A stretch of 62,868 nucleotides of DNA, the filler included, from Globobulimina sp. (lineage: Eukaryota), in assembly GCA_003354225.1 (NCBI GenBank). It is 31 parts of 31 records of this genome, joined end to end, with 100 filler letters (N's around TTAATTAATTAA, not from the genome) between each part and the next. Parts side by side here need not be neighbours in the genome. Positions count along the whole stretch, not along the records: positions 60,939 to 62,868 come from PIVH01010480.1; 30 more parts are not named here. The stretch is one strand, 5' to 3'. Positions 61,032-62,868 of the stretch are shown here, piece by piece (position 1 is the stretch's first letter; the number at the start of each line of letters is the position of its first letter). The translations under genes were made by a program, and so were the position numbers. The notes beneath the pieces were generated by a model that did no database searches, was not told where the DNA came from, and saw nothing but the letters and a program-made list of their open reading frames with translations.

Positions 61032-61373
61032 ATATCAATTCATATATCATTGTACGTGTTTTGTGTTTGATAATATGATGGGAAAATGAGATGTATTTTC
61101 GTGACTAAACATTTCTGTTATATCCTTGATTGTAATCTCTATTATAACTCATTATGAATCAGTTGCGTTTCGAATACGATTGGTGACACAAATCTGTTAT
61201 TTCAATGTCAAATACGAATTTGAGTGAATTTGTATGTCTCCACCAATTGTAATGCTTTCCGGAGTGCTGACTCGAAAGGATGGTCGTCGATTGCTCGAAA
61301 AGATGAAATTTTTTCAGATGAAAGCACCCAAAAACTAGAGCTTTTTAGTAACACTGTATTTCACGCCAAGAGA

Positions 61374-62001
61374 ATGGCATTCAAGTTGTTTGCAGGGAAA
61401 CGTAATATAGGGGAACAAAAGTGCATATACACTCATGTAATACGGTCCATTGGACCCTATAGAAACTATCAATATGGTGGCAAAGAAAATAATTGTTAAG
61501 TACATTGATCACCGCATTAATGGTTTATTATAATGCATGTTTTTCTTATTAGTCTATAACGAGACTTTGTCGTCATATGGAATTGACACATCGCGCCGTT
61601 GTCGCGGACAAGTATCGTTTTGGAATTATTATAAATCTTATGGTGAAATAATAGATGATTTGACTGGGGAAGTTTATTTTTTTCACCACAATGATATTTT
61701 GGGCAAGCAAGGATTTCGCGATTTATTTCTATGGAGAAATGTTGAATTTACGCCATCACGGAAACATAATTTTGAGTTAAAGGCAGAAGATGTGATTGAT
61801 TTGGGAGCATCGTCATATATGCCACCAACTGGAGTTAGTGAAGCAATTAATTATCCAACCACTCATTTAGAAAATAAAAATCAATGGGATTCCATACCGA
61901 CATGGTACCATCCAGTGAGAAAAAGTCATGCTCCTCTTTGTGAAATGCCACGCGTCAAACCATTGATGTATCGCGACGCTAAATGGACTGGAAAATATTA
62001 G
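61374..62001 (+). CDS. Cold-shock (OB-fold) domain protein; intron 61495-61552
   Basis: GQVSFWNYYKSYGEI...VYFFHHNDI...GFRDL...VEF resembles CSD RNP1/RNP2. Confidence 0.7.
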
Positions 62002-62083
62002 TAATTTCTTGTTTTTTCCGCTTCTACAAATCTACTTTAGCTTAAGTTGATTTTTTACACATTTACAGTTTTAACTCTAAAAA

Positions 62084-62868
62084 ATGAAAGCCAAGCAAAA
62101 AGGGTCAGAATCACCAATATCGTTCGCAGATTTGTTGGAAGTATCACAAGAACCGCCGACTGAACCTCCATCTCTGCCAGCTTTGAGAAGTGAAGATACA
62201 AATGACAATGATAGGAATTCGAATGATGAATTATTGACAATGCAATTATCAGATATTGATGAATCATTTTTAAATAATACAATGGATTCTTTTTGTCGGA
62301 ATTTCAAGAATAGCGTTCAAGAGCAATTTTTAAGTTCAAGAGAGCGGTTATTTCGCCAAACAGAGAATGAGATAAAGTCAATCACCAAAATGTATCAAGA
62401 AACATTGAATAATAAAGAATCTGAATTAAATAAATTAAAAATCGATCATAGTAAATTAAATGAAGAATTTAATAGTTTAAATGTAGAATTTGGTAAAATG
62501 CAAACAACATATTCCGAAACAAAAAAAAAATTAAATTGTGTTCGTCAATTAAGTCAAACTGTGATGAAATGGAAAAATGAATGTGATAAAAAAAGATTTA
62601 TTGTGAATTATGTAAATAACACAATAATCCCAAATAAAAATAAAATAAAAATGCAAAATATATATTATTTTTGGAAAAATAAAGCATTCACACAACATCA
62701 CAATCGTTACGATGAAATATGGCAAAAAAGATTGGAAACTGTTTCTAAAAAAATTATTGAACAGTATGAAAGGAATATAAATAGTTTAAGAGATCAGTTA
62801 GATGCTAAGACATATGAGTTACAGCAATTACATAATGACCGAACCCAACAACAGCAAAACATGAAAAG
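62084..62868 (+). CDS. Coiled-coil protein, POC5-like centriolar protein (tentative), 3' partial
   Basis: Open from ATG 62084 to the window end (absent from the ORF track because it has no stop); MKWK...YFWK...WQKRLE...YE...QNMK spacing resembles POC5. Confidence 0.5.
   Translation, partial: MKAKQKGSESPISFADLLEVSQEPPTEPPSLPALRSEDTNDNDRNSNDELLTMQLSDIDESFLNNTMDSFCRNFKNSVQEQFLSSRERLFRQTENEIKSITKMYQETLNNKESELNKLKIDHSKLNEEFNSLNVEFGKMQTTYSETKKKLNCVRQLSQTVMKWKNECDKKRFIVNYVNNTIIPNKNKIKMQNIYYFWKNKAFTQHHNRYDEIWQKRLETVSKKIIEQYERNINSLRDQLDAKTYELQQLHNDRTQQQQNMK

Noticed and set aside
1-62868. Operon or gene-cluster interpretation across contigs
   Set aside because: Contigs are unrelated and ordered only by length.

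Overview
This window is not contiguous DNA. It is 31 unrelated, length-sorted contigs (14 x 1932, 10 x 1931 and 7 x 1930 nt) joined by 30 artificial 100-nt linkers (N44-TTAATTAATTAA-N44), so nothing can be inferred across linkers. The DNA is AT-rich and eukaryotic, with short GT-AG introns (mostly 55-132 nt), the standard code and tightly packed genes. The gene families (7TM-RGS, RING/TRAF-like zinc finger, Cys-rich surface proteins) suggest a protist, possibly a foraminiferan/rhizarian (inference). Recognisable genes: YccF-domain protein, LPCAT-like acyltransferase, RBR E3 ligase, CDKAL1/MtaB, bifunctional beta-oxidation enzyme, two sulfotransferase-like genes, TPR-FKBP, ABCC transporter, F-BAR-like, PH, PPPDE-like, cold-shock, POC5-like, and a complete tRNA-Ala(CGC). 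The most interesting signals are mobile elements. (i) A 1.13-kb non-autonomous element with 31-bp TIRs that start with the exact V(D)J RSS heptamer CACAGTG; it has no TSD, sits between two truncated coding sequences, and contains a Helitron-like 3' end. (ii) A Penelope-like RT with an overlapping Arg/Gly-rich frame behind an A-AAA-AAA heptamer. (iii) A MITE and a dispersed hairpin repeat stacked in one intron of a 7TM-RGS gene that also carries an in-frame TGA. (iv) A Ty3/Gypsy pol with Asn at the first catalytic Asp. All family calls are by eye; no database searches were run.
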